A program made the translations under genes and the position numbers. 64,000 nt of DNA. It comes from an uncultured bacterium (GTDB lineage Bacteria; Methylomirabilota; Methylomirabilia; Methylomirabilales; CSP1-5). The notes beneath the pieces were generated by a model. The model saw nothing but the letters and a program-made list of their open reading frames with translations. It was not told where the DNA came from and did no database searches. Location: NCBI GenBank assembly GCA_964348275.1, contig CAYGBT010000003.1, positions 10,819-74,818 on the forward strand, read 5' to 3'. Shown one piece after another: positions 9,846 through 18,333 of this stretch (position 1 is the first letter of the stretch; every line of letters begins with the position of its first letter).

Positions 9846-10564
9846 TGGCGGAGGCGGCGATCCTGATGGCGTCTGAGCCCATTTTGCAATTCGACGACGT
9901 GACGGTTGAGTCTCATTCCGTGTACGAATCTGGCATTTGGAATGTTTGTTTCAGCTTGCAGCCGGGTGATCTTCTCCTGTTACGTTTGGAGCGGGAACAC
10001 CGACGACTCCCCCTCGCCGATGCCGCCGAGGGGCTGGTACTGCCGAGCCATGGGAGGGTGTTGTTTTTGAACGAAGACTGGCAGACGATGTCGGCAGATC
10101 ATGCGGCCAAGCAGCGAGGAACAATCGGTCGCGTCTTTGAGGACGGCGGCTGGATCACGGACCTCGGCGTGGACGAAAACGTCACACTGGCGCAGCGGCA
10201 TCACTCGTCGCGAGATGAGGGCGAGATCGTGCGCGAGGCGGCAAGTCTAGCAAGGATATTTGGCCTGCCAGGCCTGCCACGAGGACGACCCGACAAGGTG
10301 CGACGCCAGGATTTGGCGAAGGCTGCGTGCGTGCGTGCCTTCCTCGGCAAGCCGGTGCTGATCATTCTGGAGAGTCCAACCCGGGGCGTGTATGCGGACA
10401 TCATCGTTACCTTAGTGAATGCGGTGCACGACGCACGCAGAGGCGGCGCCGCGGTGCTCTGGACGAGCGTGGACCCGCAAGTCTGGGGGACCGCCGGTCT
10501 CCGTCCGAGCGCGCGCTGTAAGATGTTTGGCTCGCAGATGCACACCATGGAGAGGGAAGCGTGA
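9842..10564 (+). CDS. ABC-ATPase-like protein with degenerate nucleotide-binding motifs (MlaF position)
   Basis: Sits between the MlaE-like and MlaD-like genes with overlapping stops and starts. ABC-like topology, but no GxxGxGK(S/T) P-loop, no LSGGQ, and Walker B reads IILESP. Confidence 0.6.
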   Translation: MMAEAAILMASEPILQFDDVTVESHSVYESGIWNVCFSLQPGDLLLLRLEREHRRLPLADAAEGLVLPSHGRVLFLNEDWQTMSADHAAKQRGTIGRVFEDGGWITDLGVDENVTLAQRHHSSRDEGEIVREAASLARIFGLPGLPRGRPDKVRRQDLAKAACVRAFLGKPVLIILESPTRGVYADIIVTLVNAVHDARRGGAAVLWTSVDPQVWGTAGLRPSARCKMFGSQMHTMEREA

Positions 10565-11502
10565 TGGAAAGGCGTTTCAAATTTCGATACGTCAACGAGC
10601 TGACCGGGGTGATGGTTCTGATTGCCGTGGCGGTGGTCATCGCCGCGGTGTTCTTCACGGGACGCGCGCAGCGGTGGTTTTCCCCGCGATTCACCTTGCA
10701 GGTCCTTCTTCCCGAAGATGGCTCCTTCGGTTTGAGCCCCGGGAGCGAGGTCTTTATCCTGGGCATCTCCGCCGGATCGGTGGACGACATTCGCGTGGAT
10801 GAGGCCGGTCGTCTTCGGGCGCGGATCCAGATCCGCGCCGATTTCCAGCGGTTTGTGCGAACCGATTCGATTGGTAGCATCAAGAAGGTCTTCGGTGTGG
10901 CCGGGGACGCATACTTGGAGATCACCAGAGGAAAAGGTGACCCCCTGCCGAAGAAGGACGCCTTCATCACGGCCACGGCCGCAGAGGAACTTCCCGGCGT
11001 GATGGAAAACATGCTGGACGAGGTGCGTCAGGAAGTCCTCCCCGTTCTCAGGACGGCCCGACTGGCTCTCGAGGAGTGGAAGAAGCTGGGCGCCGGACTG
11101 CAAACAACACAGAGCGACTTGGAAAAACTGGTCTCGCGGATGGACAGAGTTGCCGCCGGCCTCGAACGGGGGCAGGGCACAGTCGGTAAGTTGCTGACAG
11201 AGTCGACGGTTGCGGACGCGGCAGAGACTTTGTTGACGCAGGCCAATCGGTCGCTGGAGGACTTGCGCACTGTCTTGAGAAGTCTTCAGCAGGGTACGGA
11301 GCGATTACCGGAAATCACGGATACGGTTGCCACCGAAGCAAAGGATTTGCCCGGTTTAGTATTGCAGGCGCAGCAGACGTTAGGCGAGTTGGAGAAATTG
11401 CTTGCCGGCTTGCAGAGACACTGGCTGTTCCGAGGATACATGGATCTCGCGGACCCCAGCCCGCGTATTCCGCCGGGTCAGGTAGAGGGAAGTCGGCCGT
11501 GA
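10561..11502 (+). CDS. MlaD/MCE-domain substrate-binding protein
   Basis: N-terminal TM helix followed by an MCE-type beta-barrel region (GSEVFILGISAGSVDDIRV) and a long helical C-terminus. Confidence 0.75.
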   Translation: MMERRFKFRYVNELTGVMVLIAVAVVIAAVFFTGRAQRWFSPRFTLQVLLPEDGSFGLSPGSEVFILGISAGSVDDIRVDEAGRLRARIQIRADFQRFVRTDSIGSIKKVFGVAGDAYLEITRGKGDPLPKKDAFITATAAEELPGVMENMLDEVRQEVLPVLRTARLALEEWKKLGAGLQTTQSDLEKLVSRMDRVAAGLERGQGTVGKLLTESTVADAAETLLTQANRSLEDLRTVLRSLQQGTERLPEITDTVATEAKDLPGLVLQAQQTLGELEKLLAGLQRHWLFRGYMDLADPSPRIPPGQVEGSRP

Positions 11503-12434
11503 GCAAGGGGACCTGGGGTGGCTCGAGCACGCTTCTTCTGGTGCTCTTGATAGGGTGCGCTTCGCCGAAGCCCCTGCCGACTCCACCGCGCGATGCGGAA
11601 CTGGCGCGGATGACGCGGATCGCACGAGCGGCTTTTGAGCGTGGATCGATGCCGCGGGCTATCACCCTTTATGGACGAGCGTTGAAGCGGGCCCGAATGC
11701 TGGACGAGGCGACGGAAATTGGCAACGCGGCCTATAACCTTGGAGTGTGTTTGACCATGGTGGGGCAGTACGACCGTGCCTGGGAATTATTGCACGAGGC
11801 GGCAAGCGAATTTAGACGGGCCAAACAGAATCTTGCAGACGTATGGCTCCTGGAGGCGAAGGTGGCCTACAAACAAGGGCGGCGCGCGGAAGCGCTGTCC
11901 CTGGCAGAGCGGGTCCTAACGGACCCGGCCTCAACCCCCAGCCGAAGCCATCGGGTACAGGTGGCGGTGCTCCAAGGGAATGTTGCTGTTGATGATCGCC
12001 ATACCGGACGCGCGGCAAGTGCCCTGGCCAGGGCGGAGCAAGAAATGCACGCCCTTTCCGATTATGCCTTGCAGGCAGAAACAGCAAGGCTGGCGGGCAG
12101 TATTGATCTCCTCGAAGAGAAAACGGAAGCGGCAGCCGCCGCCTTTGATCGCGAGGCCCGGCTGTGGCAACAGGTCGGCCGCTATCCCGAAATGGCCCGG
12201 GCCTTAGGGCGAGCGGGCGAGGCCTATCGTGCCGCCGGTCACAAGGGTCCGGGTGCGGAGAGATTTTTTCGCGCAGCCCGTAGCAGTTGGGCGCGGGGCG
12301 AGAGGGAAGTCGCACTCCAGTATATCCAGCAGGCTGCTTCCCTGGCCCAGGAGGTCGAGAATTCTTCGCTGCACCAAAGGGTGTTGACACTTAAAGAGGA
12401 GATACTCAATACTGCTGGGGAAGGGAACCAGTGA
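11499..12434 (+). CDS. TPR-repeat lipoprotein
   Basis: Signal peptide with lipobox LLIGC; repeated Ala/Leu-rich helical TPR-like units; translationally coupled to the MlaD-like gene. Confidence 0.6.
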   Translation: MSKGTWGGSSTLLLVLLIGCASPKPLPTPPRDAELARMTRIARAAFERGSMPRAITLYGRALKRARMLDEATEIGNAAYNLGVCLTMVGQYDRAWELLHEAASEFRRAKQNLADVWLLEAKVAYKQGRRAEALSLAERVLTDPASTPSRSHRVQVAVLQGNVAVDDRHTGRAASALARAEQEMHALSDYALQAETARLAGSIDLLEEKTEAAAAAFDREARLWQQVGRYPEMARALGRAGEAYRAAGHKGPGAERFFRAARSSWARGEREVALQYIQQAASLAQEVENSSLHQRVLTLKEEILNTAGEGNQ

Positions 12435-12461
12435 TCGAATCTCCAAATCCTTTGACCTGAC

Positions 12462-13622
12462 ATGGAAAAGGCGCCATTGCCCATGAATGAAGACGACCGC
12501 TTAGCGGCCGTTCGCGAGCTGGGGCTCCTGGATACCCCCAAAGAGGAGCGATTCGACCGAGTCACCCGGCTGCTGATGCGGCTGTTTGAGGTCCCGATAG
12601 CGTTCGTGGCGCTGATCGATGCTGACCGGCAGTGGTTCAAGTCCTGTTATGGATTACCCGTTTCCGAAACGCCTCGAGAAGTCTCCTTTTGTGGCCACAC
12701 CATTTTGGGGAACGAAACGCTGATCATCCCTGACGCGCAGTTGGATACACGTTTTTGCGACAACCCGCTGGTCACTGGCGAGCCTTGGATTCGCTTTTAT
12801 GCCGGACAACCCCTCCGCGGACCGCGGGGTCTCAAGGTTGGTACCCTTTGTGTGGTCGACCAGAAACCGCGGCAGCTTGATGAAGCGGATCATGAATTGT
12901 TGCGAGACCTGGCCGCTCTGGTGGAACGCGAGCTAAACTTGGCAGAGGCCATCGAACTTCAGCAACAATTGCTCGCTGCCCGCGCGGCTGAGGAAAAACT
13001 GTTGCTGAACATCCTTCCCAAATCCATCGCTGAACGGTTGAAATCCGATCCGGGAGTTATCGCTGATTGCTTTCCAGAGGCGACCATCTTGTTTGCCGAC
13101 CTCCACGATTTCTCCCGGCTGACCGCCAGCATGTCTCCAGCGGAAATGGTTGTGCTGCTCAACAAGATTTTTTCGCGGTTTGATGTCCTGGTGCAACAAC
13201 GCGGCTTGGAAAAGATCAAGACAGTTGGTGACGCCTACATGGTGGCGGCCGGAGTCCCTATTCCACGTCCCGACCACGTCGATGTGATGGCCGATCTCGC
13301 GCTCGCGATGCAGCAAGAAATCGTGCGCTTTGAAGCGCCAAGCCGAGAGACGTTCAGGCTACGGATAGGGCTCGACAGCGGTCCGGTGGTCGCGGGCGTG
13401 ATCGGTACCACCAGGTTCATTTATGACCTCTGGGGCGAAACGGTGGGGACGGCCTGGGAGATGGCAAGCTTTGGCGTTCCTGGGTGTATCCAAGTCATCG
13501 AAAGCACGTATGCGCGACTGCGAGATAAATATCTTTTCGAAGAGCGCGGCGAATTCTATGTGAAGGGAAAGGGTGAGGTGCGAACCCATTTCCTGAAGGG
13601 GCGAAAAAGCGGCCCAGCTTGA
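12462..13622 (+). CDS. GAF-domain class III adenylate/guanylate cyclase
   Basis: N-terminal GAF region; cyclase core ILFADLHDFSRLT, KTVGDAYMVAAG, LRIGLDSGPVVAGVIG. Confidence 0.85.
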   Translation: MEKAPLPMNEDDRLAAVRELGLLDTPKEERFDRVTRLLMRLFEVPIAFVALIDADRQWFKSCYGLPVSETPREVSFCGHTILGNETLIIPDAQLDTRFCDNPLVTGEPWIRFYAGQPLRGPRGLKVGTLCVVDQKPRQLDEADHELLRDLAALVERELNLAEAIELQQQLLAARAAEEKLLLNILPKSIAERLKSDPGVIADCFPEATILFADLHDFSRLTASMSPAEMVVLLNKIFSRFDVLVQQRGLEKIKTVGDAYMVAAGVPIPRPDHVDVMADLALAMQQEIVRFEAPSRETFRLRIGLDSGPVVAGVIGTTRFIYDLWGETVGTAWEMASFGVPGCIQVIESTYARLRDKYLFEERGEFYVKGKGEVRTHFLKGRKSGPA

Positions 13623-13738
13623 GATTCGGGACGTTTTGCTGGTCGGGCACCCGAGGGTCAGGGTGGAGGTTAAATCGAGGGCTCGGTTGCTCAAGACAGG
13701 TTTGGTATCGCCGATGAGGGAGGAGGAGAAGAGGGTAG

Positions 13739-14524
13739 TTATCCCACGCTCAGGCGGCGGGCGACGACGAAAAATCCGGTGTGGGCGACCATGCGAAGGG
13801 CCGGGCGCACGCTTGGGCCTTTGACCTGCCACGGGCGTTGCACCATCTCGAAGACCTCCTGGAGCCGAATGCGCGGCTCTGACTCGATGGCCTCAGTCAT
13901 CGTCTGTACTTGAGGCACGGTCGGAAAAAAGGCGACGAGCAATCCCCCGGGCCTGAGCGCCTGGGACGCATGCTGGACCGCCTGCCAGCCCTCCGGCAGA
14001 TCCAAAACCACCCGATCCACCGATGCCTCCTCGATCCCCTCATAGATGTCCTTCAGTTTCGACACCCAGTGCGGCACCCTCCCCAAAAAGGCCTCGACAT
14101 TGGTCCTGGCCTGCCGCAGGAAGTCTTCCCGAACCTCATACGTGACGACCTGTCCCTTCTCCCCCACTGCCTGGAGCAAGGCGATGGTCAGGGCTCCCGA
14201 GCCACCGCCTCCCTCGACCACAGTGGCGCCGGGGAAGATGTCCCCCCAAATCAGGACCGTGGCGATGTCTTTCGGGTAGAGGACCTGGGCCCCTCGCTTC
14301 ATCTTGAGGGCGTACTCGGCAAAGGTCGGGCGAAAGGCGACAAAGGCGGCGCCGCCAGAGGCACGGAGGACGGCCCCTTCATCGGATCCAATGATCTGGC
14401 CGTGGGGAATAGTCCCCAGGTGTGTGGAGAATTTGTCGTGGGGCCGGAGTGTGAGAAGGTACTTGCGTCCCTTTGGATCTATTAACAGGACCTTCTCACC
14501 TGACTCAAAAGGTCCCCTCCGCAT
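13739..14524 (-). CDS. trmI: tRNA (adenine58-N1)-methyltransferase
   Basis: GCD14/TrmI-like sequence with SAM motif VVEGGGGSGALT and C-terminal HTGFFVVARR. Start placed at the ATG with GGGAGG-N6 spacing. Confidence 0.85.
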   Translation of the reverse strand: MRRGPFESGEKVLLIDPKGRKYLLTLRPHDKFSTHLGTIPHGQIIGSDEGAVLRASGGAAFVAFRPTFAEYALKMKRGAQVLYPKDIATVLIWGDIFPGATVVEGGGGSGALTIALLQAVGEKGQVVTYEVREDFLRQARTNVEAFLGRVPHWVSKLKDIYEGIEEASVDRVVLDLPEGWQAVQHASQALRPGGLLVAFFPTVPQVQTMTEAIESEPRIRLQEVFEMVQRPWQVKGPSVRPALRMVAHTGFFVVARRLSVG

Positions 14525-14579
14525 GATCATCCTCCCAACGAGGTCCACTCTTTCAAACACGTGCAATGCCGGGTCTGCT

Positions 14580-15857
14580 TCACCCTCTCCTGGCGGTGGC
14601 TCTACTGTCCAGGGCCTCCCGGATCATGGCGAGCTCGTCACGGGCAAGCCGCGGCAAGAGGAACTCTTGCCGGACCCTCTCTCGCCCCGCACGGCCAAAT
14701 GCCGCTCGAACTCCCGGATGCTCGATAAGACTGAGCACTTTCTCCGCACAATCCTCCTCGCTTTCGACCAGGTAGCGCCGATACTCGGGAGGAAATTGCA
14801 TGGGAATCCCTCCCGCTTTGCCGGCCACGACGGCTTTTCCTTTCCAAAAGGCTTCCGAGACCACCAAACCGAAGCCCTCTTTGAGCGATTTCTGGATTAC
14901 CAGGTCAGCCCCGCGCTGGAAGGCATTGACCTCCATGTTCCCCACACCAGTCAGGTTAGTAAAGACATACAGATCTGGATCTTTCACCGCCTCCTCGTTC
15001 ACAATTTCGAGGAGCGCCCACCCCTCCGGATCATCCCCCGCCATGGACCCGACGAGGGCCAACTGGACGTCCGGCCTCACCTCCTTGACCAGACGATAGA
15101 CCCGGATCACGCCCAATGGGTCCTTCCAGGGGTCGAACCGGGAGACCTGAAGGAGGATGGGGCGCTGCATGTCGAGGCCGGAGTCGGCCAGAGCGCGCCG
15201 ACAGATCTCCTCGGGCAGTTGCATGTTCTTTGTGCTGAGGGGATCAATGGCCGGAGGGATGAAAGCCACGTGGCCGACCCGGAGGTCCGGTGGGCAGAAC
15301 TCTTCCAGGGTGAAGACCACGGCATCGTACTCCTGGATAAAGGGGCGTAAGAAGGACCAGACCTCAGGCTCGGGTTCCGAGCTGTCGATATGACAGCGCC
15401 AGATCCACACGGCTTTCCGGGTGCGGGCAAAGTGGCGGATCGCGGCGGGCTGGGGGTCGTGGACTATGTAGACGTCGTAGTCCTCCTCGAGCAGCCGGGC
15501 GCTATCCCGATTGTGGTCGAGATACGTTTCTTGAAACTCTTTGGAGAATGGAAACCACCCCCCCTGCAGGGCATTGTGGAAGCCTTTGGTCACCTTGAAA
15601 AAATCACGGTCGCCGTGAATCAAACGCCAGTCGGCCTGCAAGCCGAGGGCCTGCAGGAGTGGGATGTGGCGTCCCAACAGTTCAGCCACCCCTCCGCCTG
15701 CCACGGTGCTGTTGATGTGACAGAGGCGGACCCTCGATAGCTCGGTGGCCAGCCCTCTGATTTCCTGGATTAAACCATCCCCGACGAAGGGCTCGTAATT
15801 CTCCAAGTTGGTGGACTGCGCGACACAATGTCGACCGATGGCCACCTTAGGGAGCAT
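14580..15857 (-). CDS. GT4 glycosyltransferase, trehalose synthase (TreT)-like
   Basis: HINSTVAGGGVAELL and FFKVTKGFHNALQGG closely resemble the TreT N-terminal blocks as I recall them; C-terminal GT-B EGFG motif (EGFGLVVSEA). Confidence 0.7.
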   Translation of the reverse strand: MLPKVAIGRHCVAQSTNLENYEPFVGDGLIQEIRGLATELSRVRLCHINSTVAGGGVAELLGRHIPLLQALGLQADWRLIHGDRDFFKVTKGFHNALQGGWFPFSKEFQETYLDHNRDSARLLEEDYDVYIVHDPQPAAIRHFARTRKAVWIWRCHIDSSEPEPEVWSFLRPFIQEYDAVVFTLEEFCPPDLRVGHVAFIPPAIDPLSTKNMQLPEEICRRALADSGLDMQRPILLQVSRFDPWKDPLGVIRVYRLVKEVRPDVQLALVGSMAGDDPEGWALLEIVNEEAVKDPDLYVFTNLTGVGNMEVNAFQRGADLVIQKSLKEGFGLVVSEAFWKGKAVVAGKAGGIPMQFPPEYRRYLVESEEDCAEKVLSLIEHPGVRAAFGRAGRERVRQEFLLPRLARDELAMIREALDSRATARRG

Positions 15858-16074
15858 CCAATTTTTCTCCTGTGGTCTACCGCTTCCGGTTCTCCCCGTC
15901 GTTTCCCTGCCTTTCCATCCGACCCGTCATCACCGCACCGTAGCACAGTCTACAGGATTTCGAAAAGCCGCAAACGCATGGCATCTGTTGCACGACGATT
16001 TCGCGTTCCTCGGGGCGCTGCCATCGAAACACGGGCCTGGGAGGGATGAAAATCGAGGGGTGCGGGGCAGAGGT

Positions 16075-16998
16075 TCACAGATTCCGAGGTGGTGCCGCCC
16101 GCCGTGCCTGCTCCATCATTCGGCAAAAAGCGCAGGCCTCAGTCGTTGTCGCTTGGCCGCAGACCTCGCACTCATTGAGCTTAATGCCCTCAGTTTTGGT
16201 GGCAAGAAAAGCCGAGTGACCCTTCTTCAGAAAGCCGAAGTAGAAGCTCTGCTTTGTCCCCGGTGAGGCGTGCTCGAGCTGGTTCAACAAGTCCTTATAC
16301 AAAAGGGACGTCGCCCCGACCGAGTTGGGACACTCGTCTTCGTGATAGTCAATCCCTCGTAACATCGTATATGCCAACGTTTCGCGTTCGGTGAGGCGGA
16401 CCAAAGGTTTGACGGTCTTCACCAACTTCGGATGGGTCGCTTCCATGGCTGGCCTCATTCGGCCGAGCTGCTCCGTCTGCCAATGAAGCAGGTTTCCCAG
16501 GAGGGTGGAGGCGGCATCGTCCAGATTGTGCCCAGTGGCCAGCACGTTAAACCCCCCCTCGAGGGCCGCCCGGTTCATAAGATAGCGCTTGCTGAGGCCG
16601 CAGGCGGAGCATGGAACGCGAGGCGTAAAGAGGGCCAATTCCGGGATGGTGAAGTCGTATTCCGCCTTCACGTCGGTGACGATCAGGGAGAGCCCTTGAC
16701 CCTTGGCGTACGCCTCGACTTTCTCTAGTGCAAGTGGGGAATAGTCCTCAATCCCCAGGGCGATGTGGAGGCCAGTGGTGTGGTAACCCAAGCGATGCAG
16801 CACTTCCCAGAGGGTGAGGCTGTCTTTGCCCCCTGAGACCGCCACCAGGACCGAATCACCTTTGGAGAGCATCTTCTCAGTGTCGATCGTCTTCTGAACC
16901 TGGCGCTCCACGTGGGTAATGAAACAACCCTTGCAAAAGGCTGCGTTATGCCGCCTGACTTCGATCACCGCCTTGGCGGTGCAGGTTCTACACTTCAT
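16075..16998 (-). CDS. ttuA: tRNA 2-thiolation PP-loop ATPase, TtuA/Ncs6-type
   Basis: N-terminal CxxC..CxxC zinc finger (MKCRTCTAKA...FCKGC), PP-loop VAVSGGKDS, C-terminal CEVCG..CAFC. Start at ATG 16998 with SD GGGAGGG. Confidence 0.8.
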   Translation of the reverse strand: MKCRTCTAKAVIEVRRHNAAFCKGCFITHVERQVQKTIDTEKMLSKGDSVLVAVSGGKDSLTLWEVLHRLGYHTTGLHIALGIEDYSPLALEKVEAYAKGQGLSLIVTDVKAEYDFTIPELALFTPRVPCSACGLSKRYLMNRAALEGGFNVLATGHNLDDAASTLLGNLLHWQTEQLGRMRPAMEATHPKLVKTVKPLVRLTERETLAYTMLRGIDYHEDECPNSVGATSLLYKDLLNQLEHASPGTKQSFYFGFLKKGHSAFLATKTEGIKLNECEVCGQATTTEACAFCRMMEQARRAAPPRNL

Positions 16999-17197
16999 CG
17001 TCCGACCCTCCCGAGATGGCCGGGACGACTTCCACGGTCTCTCCTTCCTTGACGACCTCGTCCGGGGTGAGCAATTCCGCACCCCGGACGACGAGGACCG
17101 TCTCCGGGTTGATCTGAAGCTCTTGCAGCAGATCCTTCACGCGACGGCTCCCGGACATTTCGACCTCCCGGCGGGGGCGGCGGATGATGACCTTCAT
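16988..17197 (-). CDS. ThiS/MoaD-fold sulfur-carrier protein (TtuB-like) with 5 residues after the GG motif
   Basis: 69-aa beta-grasp-sized protein ending ...VVPAISGG-SDDEV, directly upstream of and overlapping ttuA; SD GGAGGA 8 nt before the ATG. Confidence 0.65.
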   Translation of the reverse strand: MKVIIRRPRREVEMSGSRRVKDLLQELQINPETVLVVRGAELLTPDEVVKEGETVEVVPAISGGSDDEV

Positions 17198-17220
17198 GCT
17201 CGAAATCCTCCGCGTGCAGG

Positions 17221-17328
17221 CTAGTGCCGTTCCAGTGTGATGAGGCAATTTTAAGCGGCGTACCCTGTTACAACGGTCGCTGGCGTGTCTAGCGACGAAG
17301 TCGGCATAAGAAGTTGAAACGGCACTAG
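17221..17328. repeat. 108-nt element bounded by a perfect 11-bp inverted repeat (CTAGTGCCGTT ... AACGGCACTAG)
   Basis: Read directly; lies in the leader just upstream of the ThiS-like/ttuA SD; function unknown. Confidence 0.5.
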
Positions 17329-17430
17329 CGCTACTGTAGCAGGATTCGGCAGCCCTTTCAACCTGGCCACGGGCCGGTCTCGGGGCCGCAGGTCTCTTTC
17401 AGTCCTCGAAATTCCCTTTTTCATTCCTGA

Positions 17431-17703
17431 TCAAAACCCAGCGCCGTGCAAGGCCCGGAGCATGTCTTCCACCTCTACCTGGCCTTTTCTATAGGTAATG
17501 CTGGCGAGGTGCTGTTCCAGGTCCACCCGGACCTCTACCACACCTTTCACCCCCCGTAAGACCCTGGCGACCGCAATGGCCTCCGTTTTGGATTTCATGT
17601 GGGCGATATGAATCGTGGCGTTCCCTAACGTGAGGCGCCGCAGCAGACGGATGCCGAGAAGGAGGAAAAAGGCCAAGATGGTTGCCACGACGACCCACTT
17701 CAT
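17431..17703 (-). CDS. Membrane-anchored HMA-fold protein lacking the CxxC metal site
   Basis: N-terminal TM helix, then a ferredoxin-like HMA pattern (IAHMKSKTEAIAV...GVVEVRVDL) with the Cys residues replaced. Confidence 0.5.
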   Translation of the reverse strand: MKWVVVATILAFFLLLGIRLLRRLTLGNATIHIAHMKSKTEAIAVARVLRGVKGVVEVRVDLEQHLASITYRKGQVEVEDMLRALHGAGF

Positions 17704-17818
17704 CGAGATCCTCCCGTCCTCGTGACTCTAACGAAGTGTCCCTCTCAAGTCCAGATTGAAGGGGTTTCGTACGGATTCTTTCCTTGCCATGCGGGGCGAG
17801 GGCGGGTATAGTATGGGT

Positions 17819-18263
17819 GGCCGGAGTGGGCCGGGTGGTCGCTTCGATCTCTGATCGGGGAGGAAAGTCCGGGCTCCGCAGGGCAGGGTGGTGGGTAACA
17901 CCCACCGGGGGTAACCCCAGGGAAAGTGCCACAGAAAATATACCGCCCCGCCGGTAGCCTTTGTTCTCTTTCTTCGAAAGAGGCTGTCCGCGGGGTAAGG
18001 GTGAAAAGGTGCGGTAAGAGCGCACCAGCAGTCCGGTGACGGGCTGGCTTGGCAAACCCCACCCGGAGCAAGGCCAAATAGGTTCCGCTTCCTGGTGGTC
18101 GCTCATCGAGCGAGGGCGAGGATGAGAGTGGCCCGCTCTCTTGCCCGAAAGGCAGGCGGAACGGGTAGGCCGCTAGAGTCCCAAAGTAATGCGGGACCCA
18201 GAGGAATGACCACCGTTCGCCTTCGGGCGAATACAGAACCCGGCTTATAGGCCCGCTCCGGCC
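17819..18263 (+). ncRNA. rnpB: RNase P RNA, bacterial type A
   Basis: Universal blocks GAGGAAAGTCCGGGCTCC, GGGAAAGTGCCACAGAAA, GGTAAGGGTGAAA-GGTGCGGTAAGAGCGCACC, CCCGGAGCAAGGCCAAATAGG, ACAGAACCCGGCTTAT; the 5' GGCCGGAGTGGGCC pairs with the 3' GGCCCGCTCCGGCC (P1). Confidence 0.93.
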
Positions 18264-18333
18264 ATTTCTCCCTCCGCGCAAGGCCGCCAGATTCAGCCTA
18301 CCTTCTTTGCCCTCTTTTTCCCGGTCGCTCGGG

